Shown here piece by piece: positions 13,531 through 26,553 of a stretch of 64,000 nucleotides of DNA. The translations under genes were made by a program, and so were the position numbers. Numbering within the stretch: position 1 is the stretch's first letter; each line of letters opens with the position of its first letter. Source of the stretch: Hemiscyllium ocellatum (Eukaryota); assembly GCF_020745735.1 (NCBI RefSeq), contig NW_026867863.1:1048504-1112503 (forward strand). Reading direction: 5' to 3'. A model generated the notes under the pieces. That model did no database searches. It saw nothing but the letters and a program-made list of their open reading frames with translations, and was not told the DNA's origin.

Positions 13531-14807
13531 GGGGGAGATGATATCCACCATCCCGGGGGATACTGGGTAAAGATACCTCCAAAAGGGGTCTAGTGAGAGT
13601 AGATCAGGACAAACTGTTCACATTCATGAAAGAATCAACAATGAGGAGGCACCAATGAAGAGAGATTGACAAAGGAATAACATGTGACGTTTTCATGCAG
13701 AGAATGTTTATGGTCAGTAATGCACTGCCAAAGACTGTGGTGGAGCCAGGTACAATGAAGAGAATAGAATTGAACAGTTATTGGAAGAGGACGAATGGGA
13801 AGGTTTATGGGGTAACGGTAGAAGAACAGCATTCAGTGAGGTGACCCTTTGGAGAGCTGATGAGCCAATCGCCTCCTTTTGCGCAGTAATAATTCTGTGA
13901 ACATTTCATTCTGAGCCCTCTAAGGAAATATCAGGGCAGGGTTTGTAAAGAGGTCAGATTGAATGACGGTCTCGGTGAACTAAAGTGAGACACAGAAACA
14001 GAGGTGTTTTGGGATGGATTGAATTAAATGTTATCAATTTGCATGGACCCCAACACTACAGCAGTTACAAACAGGAGTGATCAAGAGAGTGGAATAAGAG
14101 CAGCAAATACATCTTAAACATTTATGCAGCTAAAGGGGATGCTGGGTAAAGATACCACAGTCAGTGTTGATTTCATTCCAGACACACCAGCCAGGGAGCA
14201 CATCCTTCCTGTGTCTGTCCTATCGAGCTCTTGAAGAATTTTGTTCAAGTGTTTCATTTTAAATACTGCAGAGAAGACAGTTTCATACTCCTCATTCACT
14301 CCAGCCAGAGCAATACTGTGGTTAGAATTCAATTCACTGATGCATGTTACTGGCTGCTTCATGGACTGGAAATGGCAATTGAGACTGTAAGGTTACTGTA
14401 TAAAATATCGTCAATTGTATTGCCAGATTGCCGGACACATGAGGGGCTTTAAGAAAAAACACAACTTAAGGGTATTGAGTGTCAGAGTACTTCCTGTTGT
14501 GGGGGCATCCTGTTTAGGTACAAACTATTGATAATTGTTAGAATTGACCTGCACTGGCTCTGTAGAAGTGGTCAGAGCATTATAACTGTCATTGGAGCAG
14601 GTAACAAATTTCTCATGAGTTAAAACTTGTAAATGATAGAATAGGTGTGGGTTCTTCTGGTAAAGTGCGTAAAGTTATTCAAAATGTTCCTAATTTACTT
14701 TCAGAAACAAATGAGAGAAAGACACATTACTGAGGTAATTTGGGCATGAGTCCAAATTTAGAAGTTCAGGAGAACTGGCTGGAGAGCTGGTGTTGGGAAT
14801 TGTAGTA

Positions 14808-15003
14808 ATGACTGTACAAACATGTGCATGTTAGGTGGACCAGTCCTGCTAAATTGTCCAGTGTCCAGGATTGTGCAGACCAGGTGGATCAGCATTGGGA
14901 AATGCAGTGATACAGGGATGGAGGGCTCTGGGCGTGATGTTCTTCGGATGGTCGGTGGGATTTGATGGGTCAATGCTCTCTTTCCGCACCGTCGGGATTC
15001 TGT
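14808..15003 (+). mobile_element. V-SINE 3' part
   Basis: gtgcatgttaggtggaccagtcctgctaaattgtcc...gggattctg. Confidence 0.65.
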
Positions 15004-15119
15004 TCTATGATTGTGGATAAAGGCTACATTGCAGGGAGTCCTTGAAGAAGGAGCATGTGGTGTGTATAATGCCCTTGATGCCTTCAGATAGAGGTGGGCA
15101 CCGCAGGGGATGCAGTAGG

Positions 15120-15340
15120 TAGGCCTGTGGAATTCATTGCCACGGAGTGCAGTGGAGGCCGGGACGCTAAATGTCTTCAAGGCCGAGATTGATAGATTCT
15201 TGGTGTCTCGAGGAATTAAGGGATACGGGGAGAACGCTGGTAAGTGGAGTTGAAATGTCAATCAGCCATGATTGAATGGCGGAGTGGACTCGATGGGCCG
15301 AATGGCCTAACTTCCACTCCTATGTCTTATGGTCTTATAG
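15120..15340 (+). mobile_element. CR1 LINE 3' end
   Basis: gtggaattcattgccacggagtgcagtggagg...gatgggccgaatggcc...tcttatggtcttat tail. Confidence 0.8.
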
Positions 15341-17297
15341 TGCTTTACTTCCACCGCTGCCCCCTCCCCCTCAATTGTACTTTGATTGAGTCCCTTCCCA
15401 CTCTGTCACTTGTAATGGTTTGCTTTGCCCGTCATGGGCCTTGCTAATAAATATTCAATTGGTTACACGGGTGGTTTACTGCGGGTGATTAACCAAAAGC
15501 AAAATAGCGAAATGGAAGATTGCTCAGCTGTGTGTGATAACACTTCTGGATCGGAGAAATGGGGGGAAAAGAACATTTCACACCTCACAGAATGAGAACC
15601 AAAAAGCAGTTAAATCAAACCAAAGGTTCAGACAGGGAGGGAATATTTCCCTGGAGTATGAGTAGCTGGAAAGTGATGGTGTCCAGGAGGAGACAGGATT
15701 TTGTTGTAAAGGGCACTTGAAATTTTAAAAACTGTTATATTCAGACAGTTTCAATTCATTTACTTTTATTTATTCTGGAATTAACTGTAACAAGGTTTGC
15801 AAATTTGTTTTTTTTTAAATGTAAAAGACAATAGTTAAATAAAATCCATCAAACCTTCCCTCACTGAAACCGGATATGGAAGTGCAATCTCCTGGAGAAT
15901 CCCTGCCGACTCCTTCCTACCCGGGCTCCATGACTATATATATACCTGGGAGATAGCAGCAGGAGGCCATTCAGCCTTTCAATCCTGCTCCACCATTAAA
16001 TGGGAAACGGCTGTTTCTGCTGTGTTCCAATACACTTTCATGACTTTACCTCGAAGAACTATATCGAAATCCTCCTTTGGCTTCACTGCCCTTTGTACCA
16101 GTGACGTTGCTGTGTTACTGTGTGGGTGTAGGCAGGGGTAATGTGATGGTGCTGCCTCCTGGAGGATGCACTCAGCATCCCTCATCATCCTGCAGTAACA
16201 TTAACTGGGGTTCAGCAACGAGAGATAGAAACCATTTCCAGGATATGGGCATCACTGGCTCAGCCAGCATTTATTCCCCATCTCTAGTTACCCTTGAGAA
16301 GATGGTAGAGAGCTGTTGTCTTGAACCATTCACAGTCCATTTGGTGCAGAGAGACCGACAATGCTGGGAGGAAGAGTGTTGCAGGATTTTGGACGAGTGA
16401 TTCCCCATGGTTGGTTTGTCAAATTCTGTTTAACTTAATCATGATTGGCACATGATTTTGAGATTTCAGTCTGCAAATCCTCACCGTGTATAAAGGATTA
16501 TGTACAGATTAGAAATTCAGAACAGACAATTCTAGTTTCTCTGGAATATCTTTTTCCCCTTTCTTCCCCCAAAGCTGTATCCCTCCAGCCCACTTTCTCT
16601 CTCCCACCATTCTGACTCTGCTACTCCCTAGTGTACACCCTCCACATTCTCAGGGAATTGCTGATAAACAGATCCTTGCCACCACTTCCTCTCCTGGTTA
16701 GACTCTGCACCCTTTCTGGGTTCACTTCCTTTCCCTTCAGTTGCTGCAAGTCAATAATGTAACAGCAGAATGAAACACAAGGAAACAGAAAGGGTGGTGT
16801 CAGATCCTGGACAGAAGAGGAACCTTCACTCTGGGAGAATAGGTCAGATACTTCCTTGTTTCCCATTGGTCTATTCCCAGTGTTATGAGGAATTGGGGAT
16901 GGAACTTGGACCCATGTGAGTGTGGTGACATTTTGACCCCCCCCCCCAAACAGATCAATACTATAAGCAGATTAGTCCTTCCACCAGCCAATCAGTGTGA
17001 AAAACTTTACACTAGTTACGCCAGAGCACATGTTTTTGTACAGTGCCGGGTTTCCCCGCACACGTGTGGTCCCTGCCTCAGGAATTGTGGGAGTTGTCAT
17101 CCCAATGAAGCCTCTGGAGACCTGTCTCTGGAAAATGAAAGAAAGTGTGGGCTGGAGGGTGTTGTGCATAGGATATCCATTCAGACACACAGGACATGTG
17201 GGCTGTCACAGGGTTGTACTGAGACATCCGCTTAGACCCGATTTCTGAGGTAAGGAATATACATTCAGCCAATAAGGGGCAGCAGATTTTAAGCAGA

Positions 17298-17605
17298 GGT
17301 GGATCAGTGGCTTGCACTGCCTCACAGCGTCTGGGACCTGGGTTTGATTCCAGGTTTAGGAAACTGTGTAGAGTTTACACATTCTCCCCATGTCTGCATG
17401 GTTTTCTTTGGTGCTCCAGTTTCCTCCCACAGTTCAAAGATGTGCAGGTTAGGTGGATTGGTCATGCCAAGTTGCCCACTGTGCCCATGTGTGAGCCGAT
17501 TAGGCAATTAACAACGGGAAATGCAGGGTTACAGGGAATGGGATGCTCATCATAGGGTGTGGACTCGATGGGTCAATACCCTGTTTCTGCACTATAAAGG
17601 CTCTA
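17298..17605 (+). mobile_element. V-SINE (HE1-like)
   Basis: gatcagtggcttgcactgcctcacagc...ggtttgattcc...tttcctcccacagttcaaagatgtgcaggttaggtggattgg. Confidence 0.85.
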
Positions 17606-19199
17606 TTCTATTCTCATGAAGAAGAATGTACCTATTTCGATATGTTGTGAATCTGTGGATTTCGCTATTCTAAATGCGCTGGATGCCAGGGCAATGAGCA
17701 AATTTACTGAAGAGATACAGATGTTGAATTTGCAATGGGATGAAGGGAGAGAGAGAGCAGGTGGGAAAATCCAGCTGAGACCGAGGTGAGCTCAATCATC
17801 ACCGTATTAAATGGTGGAGCTGGTTCGAAGGGCGGCATTGACTCTCCTGTGCCCAGTGCTTATCTTCTTATGGTAATAACTGGAAAGCTGAATCCAAAAC
17901 TCACCACCTTCAACAAAGGAAATTTTTGGAAAAAGCAGGATAGTCAGGTGGATTAGTGTTCCAAACTTAGATAGTGAGGAAGCGTGTGGGAGATAATGAT
18001 TTTGCAATTTTAAACTGAGAGGAGACAGTGATTTATGGTTTTAGACTGTGTAGGACATTCACACCGTCCAGAATACTCTGTTGGGAATATCCATCCTGTA
18101 CTTTATTACAAACCCACGGTCGCTGATAATGAAAGCCCAAAACACCCAGGAACCATCACCTCACCTCGTAATCTGACAAAGGACTTATGATAAGTATGGA
18201 TGAATTTAGAATACAGTTGGAAAGCGGGAAGATTAAATCCAATCCAGTGCTTAAACAAAGGAGACTACAACAGGATGAGGCAGGATTTGGTTAATGTAGA
18301 CGGGCAGCAAAGACTTTATTCTGGGACAGTTGACGGACAGTGGAGGAATATCAAAGCAATTTTTCGAAGCGCTCAGCAAAAGTATATATCAGTGAAAAGG
18401 AAGGACTGTAGGAAAAGGAGTAATCTGCCATGGGTGGCTAAGAAAATAAGGGAGTCCATCAAATTGAAATAGAAGGCATACAGATTGGCTAAAGACCAAG
18501 GAGAAACTAGGAGATTAGAAAAACCTTCAAAGTTCGACAGAAAGCTAGATGGGATTGGGGAGAAAAGTGATGAGTAGCTGTCCCCAGGGCCAGAATAGCA
18601 GCTTACACTGCTAGAGAGGAACCTACTGTGTGGGGAACATATGGCCTCTGTGATTGTTAAAACACTTACCTGTTACCATAGAGATAATCCTGATCAAGTT
18701 AAAATTCACTGCACACTCCAAAAGCTTGTTCGTCCAAATAAACCTGTTGGATTATAACCTGTTGTGTGATTTATAACTTTGTCCACGTCGCTCCAACACC
18801 AGCTCCTTAACATCAGAATCCTGATAGATAGCCTGACTGAAACTGAAGCATCTGTCAGATACTTGAGGGAGCCACGGGAGCGTGGGGGGAGGAGTGTGTG
18901 GTTTAACCACAAACTGCTGAACTGAACGAGACTTTCTAACTGCCGTTGCCATGGAGATAACACTGAGAGACAGTCTCTATTCAAAGTCCCAAACCACAAA
19001 TGTATAAGAATGGGAGCTGTACATCGGACAGGCGGGGAGTTACCTGATACTGCCTAAATGCGTTTTGCATGTACACTATCCAGGTAACGGCAATGTCTCA
19101 TCAATAAATGCTCAAAGAAGACCTCTCAGTGTTCTGTACCTAGTTATTGCTATCCAGCAGGGTTCAGGAATATGAGTACACAGCAGTCAGTCTTCACAG

Positions 19200-19860
19200 T
19201 GGAGGATACGAAGAACATGCCAGTAATTGATAAGGAGACTGAGGAAGGTGAGGACCAAGAAACAACCATTATCATGAAAGAGTTAGAGCTGGGCAAGCTA
19301 ACGGAGCTAAATGTACACAAGTCTCCTTGCCCTGATGGAATACGTCTCAGGATACCAACAGAGTTAGTGGGAGAAATAGCAGATGCAGTTAGAGTCATAG
19401 CATCCTGCAGCAGAGACAGGCCCTTTGGCCCAAACTTGCCCGTGCCGACCAGAATGTCCATCCACACTAACCCCATTTCCCTGCACTTGGCCCATCTGCT
19501 TCTGGCCCTTTCCTATCCATGTTTTTACCTGTTGTGAGTGTTCCTCCCTGAACCACTTCCACTGGCAGCTCAGTCCATATACATACCACCCTCTGTGTAA
19601 AACAGTTGCCCCTCAGCTTCCCTTTTATTCTTTCTCTTCTAACCTTCAACTGATGCCCTCCAGTCCTTGATTCCCTGGGAAAAAGACTGAATGCATTCAC
19701 CTTATCCATGCCCCTCATGGTCTTATACACATCTAGAAAAGAACCCCCTGTTTCCTCTGCTCTAAACATAAAATCCTCACTTGTCCAACCTCTCCCTATA
19801 GCTCAGAACCTTGAGCCCTGAAAACATCGTTGTAAATTGTTCTGCACTTTTTACAGTTTA
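19200..19860. mobile_element. Two abutting CR1 fragments (RT start on plus, 3' end on minus)
   Basis: Plus ORF has KSPCPDGIRLRIPTELVGEIA. Minus ORF has YKTMRGMDKV...RGNCFTQRVVCIWTELP. Confidence 0.8.
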
Positions 19861-20104
19861 ATAACTGAAACCTACACTGCATTCATCATATTTCCAGTGT
19901 TTCCCCACGGCGCTGGAACCGATGGGACAACGCCAATGGATTACAATCCATGATCGAGAATGAACTCCTTTACAACAATCCTGTTTTCATAGTGATTCCC
20001 GTGGTGCAGGTATCCTTGTGTCTTTCTGGTTGCATGGTTAATTAAAGACTTGTCCTTCTACAAAGCAAAGCTGTGGCTTAATTGTTCCTGGGAGATGTGC
20101 CATG

Positions 20105-20800
20105 ATTTTTCAGAATTTCCAAAACCAATGAAATCTCTCTCCCCAGTCACCATGCTGACATGGACTTGGCTGTGTCTCACTAAATATTTCCCAGCCACAC
20201 AGATTTGAAATATTCACCCACTGACAGAATACACACCTTTCTTTCCACATGAAAAGGCCAATGATATTCAGATCGGCACGGATCAAGTAACTATCAGATC
20301 TAAACATGAAGTTCAAATCCACCCTTTCAGTACTCGACAACAGAGAAAACAAGTTACCATTGTTAATACAGGATGGAAATTAATAAGAAAACTATAGTAT
20401 TAAACTGTATTTTCCTCGTTCCCCCGAAGCTTTAAATCTCTGTCTCACAATTTCTTTCTTTTGTGACCGAAATCCAAATAATCTCCCCACTCCTTTCCTC
20501 CACACCCAGTTCTGACACTGGCTCTCCTCTCTTTGAATTCAGTGTCCTAGCTCCTGTCTGCAGACTAAGAACCAAATCAATGAGTCCGACATTGCGTCCA
20601 CTGCAGGGGGTGAGAGGTGGTGTGGGAAAGAGGGTTTGAATCCTCTGATGACAACCATCCAGAATGCATTGCTTCCTGCACTCTCTGTGAAGCTTATCAC
20701 GTGGTTGAGTATTGTGCCGCCCCTCATTCACTCCAATTGGTTGAAGGACCAACTGGCACATCCTGGTCCTCCAGCCTCGTCCCCCCACTCTTATTGGTCC
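20105..20800 (-). pseudogene. Decayed 5' module of a zinc-finger-type gene
   Basis: Nucleotide similarity to 28560-29470, including the ggccaatgatattcagatc block and the CCAAT-rich upstream block. No intact finger. Confidence 0.5.
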
Positions 20801-20994
20801 TGTGTTGACATCAATAATCCGAGGCCCATTGTGGGCTGGAGCATGCTCAGTTCTTCCTGATTTTGCTGCTGTTCATCAGGCATCAGAGAGAGAGTGCTCA
20901 TCCCTGTTTCTCCTAATGTTAGACATTAACAACAACTACCAGCATTGCATGGAGCCTTTCACATTGACAAATCTCCTAAAATGCTTCATGAATG

Positions 20995-21520
20995 ATGGAA
21001 ACGTTGATTAAAGAGAAGGATTTTAGATAAATCTTTAAGGCAGACAGAGGGGGGTTAGGGAGGATATTCCAAAGGTTTGTGTCCTCGGCAGCTCCAATCG
21101 TGGAGTGATATATGCGGGCAACAGCTTACAATGGAGACAGTTAGTGGATAACCATAGGCTAACAACCTCATGTCGTAGCCCCCTACCTCACTCACCAGGC
21201 CTTGTTCTCACAGCCTGCCATTACACACTACCTATGGTTAGACACTAACAGTCTCCATTAACAGCTAGTCACCTTCCCCCAGCCAGATCGTTATCCATTC
21301 CTTTATCCAACCGTTCTTCTCACTATATTCCAACCTATCCTTTACTCCTTTTATCTTCCCCCACACGATCTTCTGCATATCAACTATTTTTTTTCCTCAG
21401 TAACATCGGTTCTGTGGAAGGGACACGGGATCTTAAACTTCAACTCTGATTTCTCTTCACAGATGCTGCCAAACCTGCTCAGCTTTTCCAGAACCTCCTG
21501 GTTGTTTCTGATTTAGAGCA
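20995..21520. mobile_element. Neptune-type PLE 3' fragment
   Basis: Ends in cagatgctgccaaacctgctcagcttttccag...agcatctgcag, the shared terminal block. Confidence 0.6.
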
Positions 21521-22244
21521 TCTGCAGTTCTTTTGATTTTAATTTACCGGGAGTTTGTAATTCAGGTCCAACAGCCTCTGTCCAAGTCTCTGCTGTCTCT
21601 CCCACCCCAACCCAGTGACACTGCACCTGCACAGCTCATGGACAGGTGTTGTCTTGCTGGCCACACCCCTCATTCAATCCCATTGGCTGCAGGACAACAC
21701 AGCCTCTCCTCCTATTGGTCTGGAGCTGCCGTTAATCAAGCCAGGCCCCATTGTGATGAGAGTGGAGGGCTAATCCCTCTCCCTGCCCTTGGATGAGCTT
21801 CATCATTCACAGTGAATGGGGCAGTATCACAGAGTACAGGGGCTTGGGGCTATTCAGCACATTTGGGGCTATACTCTCTCCCTCTGGAGATGCTGCAAAT
21901 CTGTCCCAAGTCCCCTCCCATGTGCCATATCCCCGCAAATCTTTACTTAAAAGTAAAATTCCAAGTCTGTTTCAGAATACCTGCTGTATCTGTGTCCTTC
22001 AGACTGTTCCAGATGCTCAGAACTTACTGAGTAAAATAGTGTTCACATTTTCGCCTTGTATTATTTGCCAATTACTTGGAAGTAGTTACTAAAAATTGTG
22101 ACAGTGTTAACAATTCCTCTCTCTGACTGCAAATTCAAAACCATGGAATCAAATCTGCACCAGGTCGAAAACACTGCTTCACCTTCTCAGCTCCAAGGTT
22201 AATTATCTGTGCTTCAGCTAGCTCTCCACAAAAGAGAAGAATGC

Positions 22245-24170
22245 ATCTTAATATATTAAGATCAAAGAAACAGACCTTCGTTCCAATTCGTCCGTGCCAA
22301 CAAGGAATCCTAAACTAATGGATTCCCATTTACCATCTATTGGCCTACATCCATTAAAACCCTTCCTATTCATGTACCCAATTGGAAGCCTTTTAAATGT
22401 TGTGATTTTTTCAGCCTCCACTACTTCATCTGGTAGCCCCTCCCATACACACACCACACTCAGCTTAAAAACATTGCCATTTAGATCCCTTTTAAATCTT
22501 TGCCCTCTCAACTTAAACCCATGTGCTCTAGTTTTGGACCCACCTAACCTGTGGAAATAGGACCCCGGCTGCTCATCTTATCCATGCCCCTCGAGATTTT
22601 ATAAATCTCCATGAAGTCACCTTTCAGTCTTTAACTCTCCAGAGAAAATAGCCCCAGCCTATTCAGCCCCTTCCTATCCACCAAATCCTCCAATCCTGGC
22701 AACTTTTTTGTAAATCTTGTCCAAACCTTCTCAAGTTTCACAACATCCTTCCCAGAACAGGGAAATTCAAACTGAAAACAGAATTCCAGAAGTGGGTAAT
22801 CAATGTCCTGACCAGCCACAATATGGCATCCCAGCTTCTGTATTCAATGCATTGACCAATAACGGAGAGCGTTAATGGAGTCCCATTTGCCAGCGGTTCA
22901 CCCTTATCCTCTAAATCCTCCCTCTTCATGTACCCAATCAGATGTCTGATTCAAAGAACAGGGAGATTGGAACTGAAAACAGAATTCCAGAAGAGCTGTC
23001 ATCAATATCCTGTACAGCTACAGTACGGTATCACACCAGCTGCAGTCAATGCATTGACCAATAACACGGAGCGTACCAAACGCAGCATTCACTACCCGGC
23101 CTACCTGTGACTGTACTTTCAAGGAACTATGAACCTGTACTCCAAGGTCCCTTTGTTCAGCAACTTTCCCCAAGACTTTACCATTAAGTGTAACAGTCCT
23201 GCCCTGATATGCCTTTCCAAAATACAACAGCTCACATTTACCTAAATTGAACTCCGTCTGCCATTCCTTGCTCCAGTGGCCCATCTGATCAAGATCCGGC
23301 TGTATTCTGAACTAACCTTCTTCACTGTCCACTACACCCCCAATTTTGGTGTCTTCTGTAAACCTCCAGACCACACCTCATATATTCACATCCAAGTCAT
23401 TTATTTAAGGTCCCAATATCCATCCTTGCAGCACATTGCTACTCACAGACCTCCAGTCTGCAAAGCAACCCTCTTTCACCACCCTCTGTTTCCTACCTTC
23501 AAGGCAGTTTTGTAATGGCTTGCTCGCCCTGCATTCCATGTTATCTAACCTGCTAACCAGTCTGCTTTGTGGAACCTTGTTGAATGTCCATATAAACAAC
23601 ATTCACCGCCTGGCTTAATCAATTTACTTTGTCACTTCAAAACACTCACTCAAGTTAGTGAGACACAATTGTGCATGTACAAATCCACATTGACTCTCCC
23701 TGTCATTCCTTACCTTTCCAAATAGATGGATATCCTGTCCCTCAGAATCCCTTCCAACAATTTGCCTGCCACTGACTTCAGGCTCACTGTTCTCTTGTTC
23801 CATGGCTTCTCCTTACCACATTTTTAAAATAATGGCACCTCACCTGTCACTATCAACGATACAAATACCTCAGGAGAGGCCCAACAATCACTTCCCAAGA
23901 TTTCCAGAAAGTTCCAGGATACACCTGATCAGGTTCCAGGGCTTTATCCACCTTGATGCGATTTAAGACATCCAGTACCACATCTTCTGTAACATGGACA
24001 CTTTTCAAGTTATCACTGTTTATTTCTCCAAACTCTCGAGCTTCCATGTTCTTCTACAGTAAAAATGACGTGAAATATTTGCATATCATTCGCACCCCCT
24101 GTGGTTCCATAGACAACCTTGTTGACCTTTAAGGGGTCCTATTCTCTGGTCCAGTTAATCTTTTGTCTGT
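22245..24170 (-). mobile_element. CR1 LINE ORF2 (RT and 3' end), degraded
   Basis: ORF pieces DKALEPDQVYP, FNKVPQSRLVSRL, WQTEFNLGKCELLYFG, LEKVWTRFTKKLPG, FKLSVVCVWEGLP. Confidence 0.88.
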
Positions 24171-24199
24171 GATATATTTGTTTAATCTCTTTGGATTCT

Positions 24200-24655
24200 A
24201 CTCCAGGACATCCCAGAAAGGCATACTTCACGGACCGTAATTTTCCTCTGACTTGATCAACACATACCCTCCAACACATACCCTCCACTTCCCGCACCTC
24301 CGCCTTTACTTCACCCCTCCAGCCACAATAAAGAATACAAACCTGCGGTCTTCACCTTCCACCCCACTAATCTCCAGGTACAGCGCATTAACCTCTTATT
24401 TCTGCCACCTAAAGTCAGACCCCACCTCCAGAGACATATGTCCCTCCCCACCTCTATCTGCAATCCCCAGAGACCATTCCCTCTGCACCTCCCATGTTCG
24501 GTCCACACCCTCCCACCACCCATGCACAACACCCTTGACCCTCCCTCGCCGCCATGGGAGATGTAAAACATGTGGCCACACCTCCATCTGACCTCTATCC
24601 AAGACAACAAAGGGATCTTTTCACATCAGTCAGAGATTTGCCTGCACATCCCAAA
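24200..24655 (+). mobile_element. Neptune-type PLE fragment
   Basis: cagaccccacctccagagacatatgtccctccccacctctatctgc matches the thumb/linker region seen at 44000-44100. Confidence 0.65.
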
Positions 24656-24872
24656 ACCTCACCTACTGCATCTGGACACTATGGGAAATTTAACATGGTT
24701 TATCCAACTAACCTACACATCTTTGGGCTGTGGGAGCAAACTGGAACACCCGAAGGAAATCCTCAAAGACACTGGGGAGAATGTGCCAACTCCAACAAAG
24801 ACAGTCGCCCGAGGCTGGAATCAAAACCAGGTCCCTGGTGCTGAGGAAGCAGCACTAACCTCTGAGCCACAA
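24655..24872 (-). mobile_element. V-SINE
   Basis: Reverse complement of the same head and V-domain. Confidence 0.8.
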
Positions 24873-24944
24873 TACTGTGGGATCTTTGGTGCTGATGTGC
24901 TCCCACACTAATAACCTCAGTCACTCACCCTGCCTCATTTCCTA

Positions 24945-25290
24945 AGAGGCAGCGATGACGGAGTGAAACTATCACTAGACAGTTACTCCAGAGACCCAGA
25001 TAACGTTCTGGGGACCCGGGTTTGAATCCCACCACGACAGACGGGAGAACGTGAATTCAATAAATATCTGGAAAAAACTAATCTAGTGACGGCAAGGAAT
25101 CCATTGTCAATTGTTGGAAAAACCCATATGGTTCACTCATGACCTGTAGGGAAGAAAAATGCCATCCTTCCCTGGTCTGGTCTGTATGGGACTCCAGACC
25201 TACAGCAACGTGGTTGACTCTTAACTGCCCTCTGGGTAAACGCAGCAATAAATATTGGCCGAGCCAGTGACAGCTTCATCCTGTGAATGA
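24945..25290 (+). mobile_element. Second SINE family (probably SacSINE1/Deu-SINE type)
   Basis: B-box gggtttgaatcccacc, then aaacccatatggttcactc...cctggtctgg...actccagacctacagcaacgtggttgactcttaactgccctc. The subfamily name is from memory. Confidence 0.7.
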
Positions 25291-26221
25291 ATAACGGAAA
25301 CAGGTCAGGTTTTGTTCCTTCTCTAGTAGGTACATCCTACAAACTCTATCAGAAACGTTCTCGTACACACTGAACAAATACCTTTCCATCCAAGCCCTTA
25401 ACACTACAGCACTCCGAGGCTATGTTGGTAAAGTTAAAACCACTTATCATTGCATCCATATTATTCTTACAGATAACTGACGTCTCCTGGTAAAATTGCG
25501 TCTCAATTCCCCGCTGAATATTGGGAGAGAGTTTATACCACAATCCCAGTAAGATGGTCATCCCTTTCTTATTTCTCAGTACCAACCAATTACCTTGCCT
25601 GGATGTACTCCCAAGAATATCCTCCCGAAGTCCAGCCATAATCCATAATCAAAAACACATTTCTGCCTGCTCTGTTGCCCCCTTTCTATCCTTGCTATAG
25701 CATCTATACCCTGGAACATTAAGCTGCTAGTCCTATCCATGCCTGAGTGATGCCTCTGTAATTGCTGTAATATCCCAGTTCCATGTTCAAAACCATACCC
25801 TGAGCCCACCTGCCTGACCTGTCAGGTCTCTTGCACTGAAATAAATGCAGTGCAACTGGTCCGTCGCATCTCATTCTGTGCCTTGCTCTTGCCTGCCTTG
25901 ACAGTCTGACCGGTGAACAGTACCAGCCTCAGACTCACCTCTTTCCTCACTATCTCATGAGGATTACCCCGACTCCCTCACTAGTTTAATGCCTCCCGAG
26001 TGGCACTAGCAAATCTACCTGCTCGTCAGGACCCCATGCTTTCCCCTTCCTATGCCAAAGGTACCAATGTACAATGTCCTCCGACTGGTTATTTTCTCTT
26101 TTGAGAGTATTCTGCTCCCTCTGAGAGACTTCCTTGACACTGGCACCAGGGCAGCACCACCCATTCTGATGTCTCACTGTCAGCTGCAGAAATGGCAGAT
26201 TGTGTCCCTGACTAGAGAGTC

Positions 26222-26553
26222 GAGTAAAAAATGAGGTCTGCAGATGGAGATCACAGCTGCAAATGCTGGTCAAAGCACAGCAGGTTAGGCAGCATCTCAG
26301 TATTCGACGTTTCGAGCATAAGCCTTCATCAGGAATAAGAGAGTTCGAGCATAAGCCCTTCATCAGGAATAAGAGAGTTCGAGCATAAGCCCTTCATCAG
26401 GAATAAGAGAGTTCGAGCATAAGCCCTTCATCAGGAATAAGAGAGTTCGAGCATAAGCCCTTCATCAGGAATAAGAGAGTTCGAGCATAAACGTCGAATT
26501 CTCTATTCCTGAGATGCTAACCTGCTGTGCTTTGACCAGCAACACATTTGCAG
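26222..26553. mobile_element. Palindromic PLE-derived insert with internal 34-bp tandem array
   Basis: Inverted arms at about 26255-26310 and 26491-26557. Direct repeat CTGACTAGAGAGTC at 26208-26221 and 26554-26567. Confidence 0.85.
26311..26490. repeat. 34-bp tandem repeat, about 5.3 copies
   Basis: Unit TTCGAGCATAAGCCCTTCATCAGGAATAAGAGAG starts at 26311 (33 nt), 26344, 26378, 26412 and 26446, with a partial copy at 26480. Confidence 0.97.

Noticed and set aside
26311-26490. CRISPR-like array
   Set aside because: The units are head-to-tail with no unique spacers, the context is eukaryotic, and the unit derives from a PLE end.
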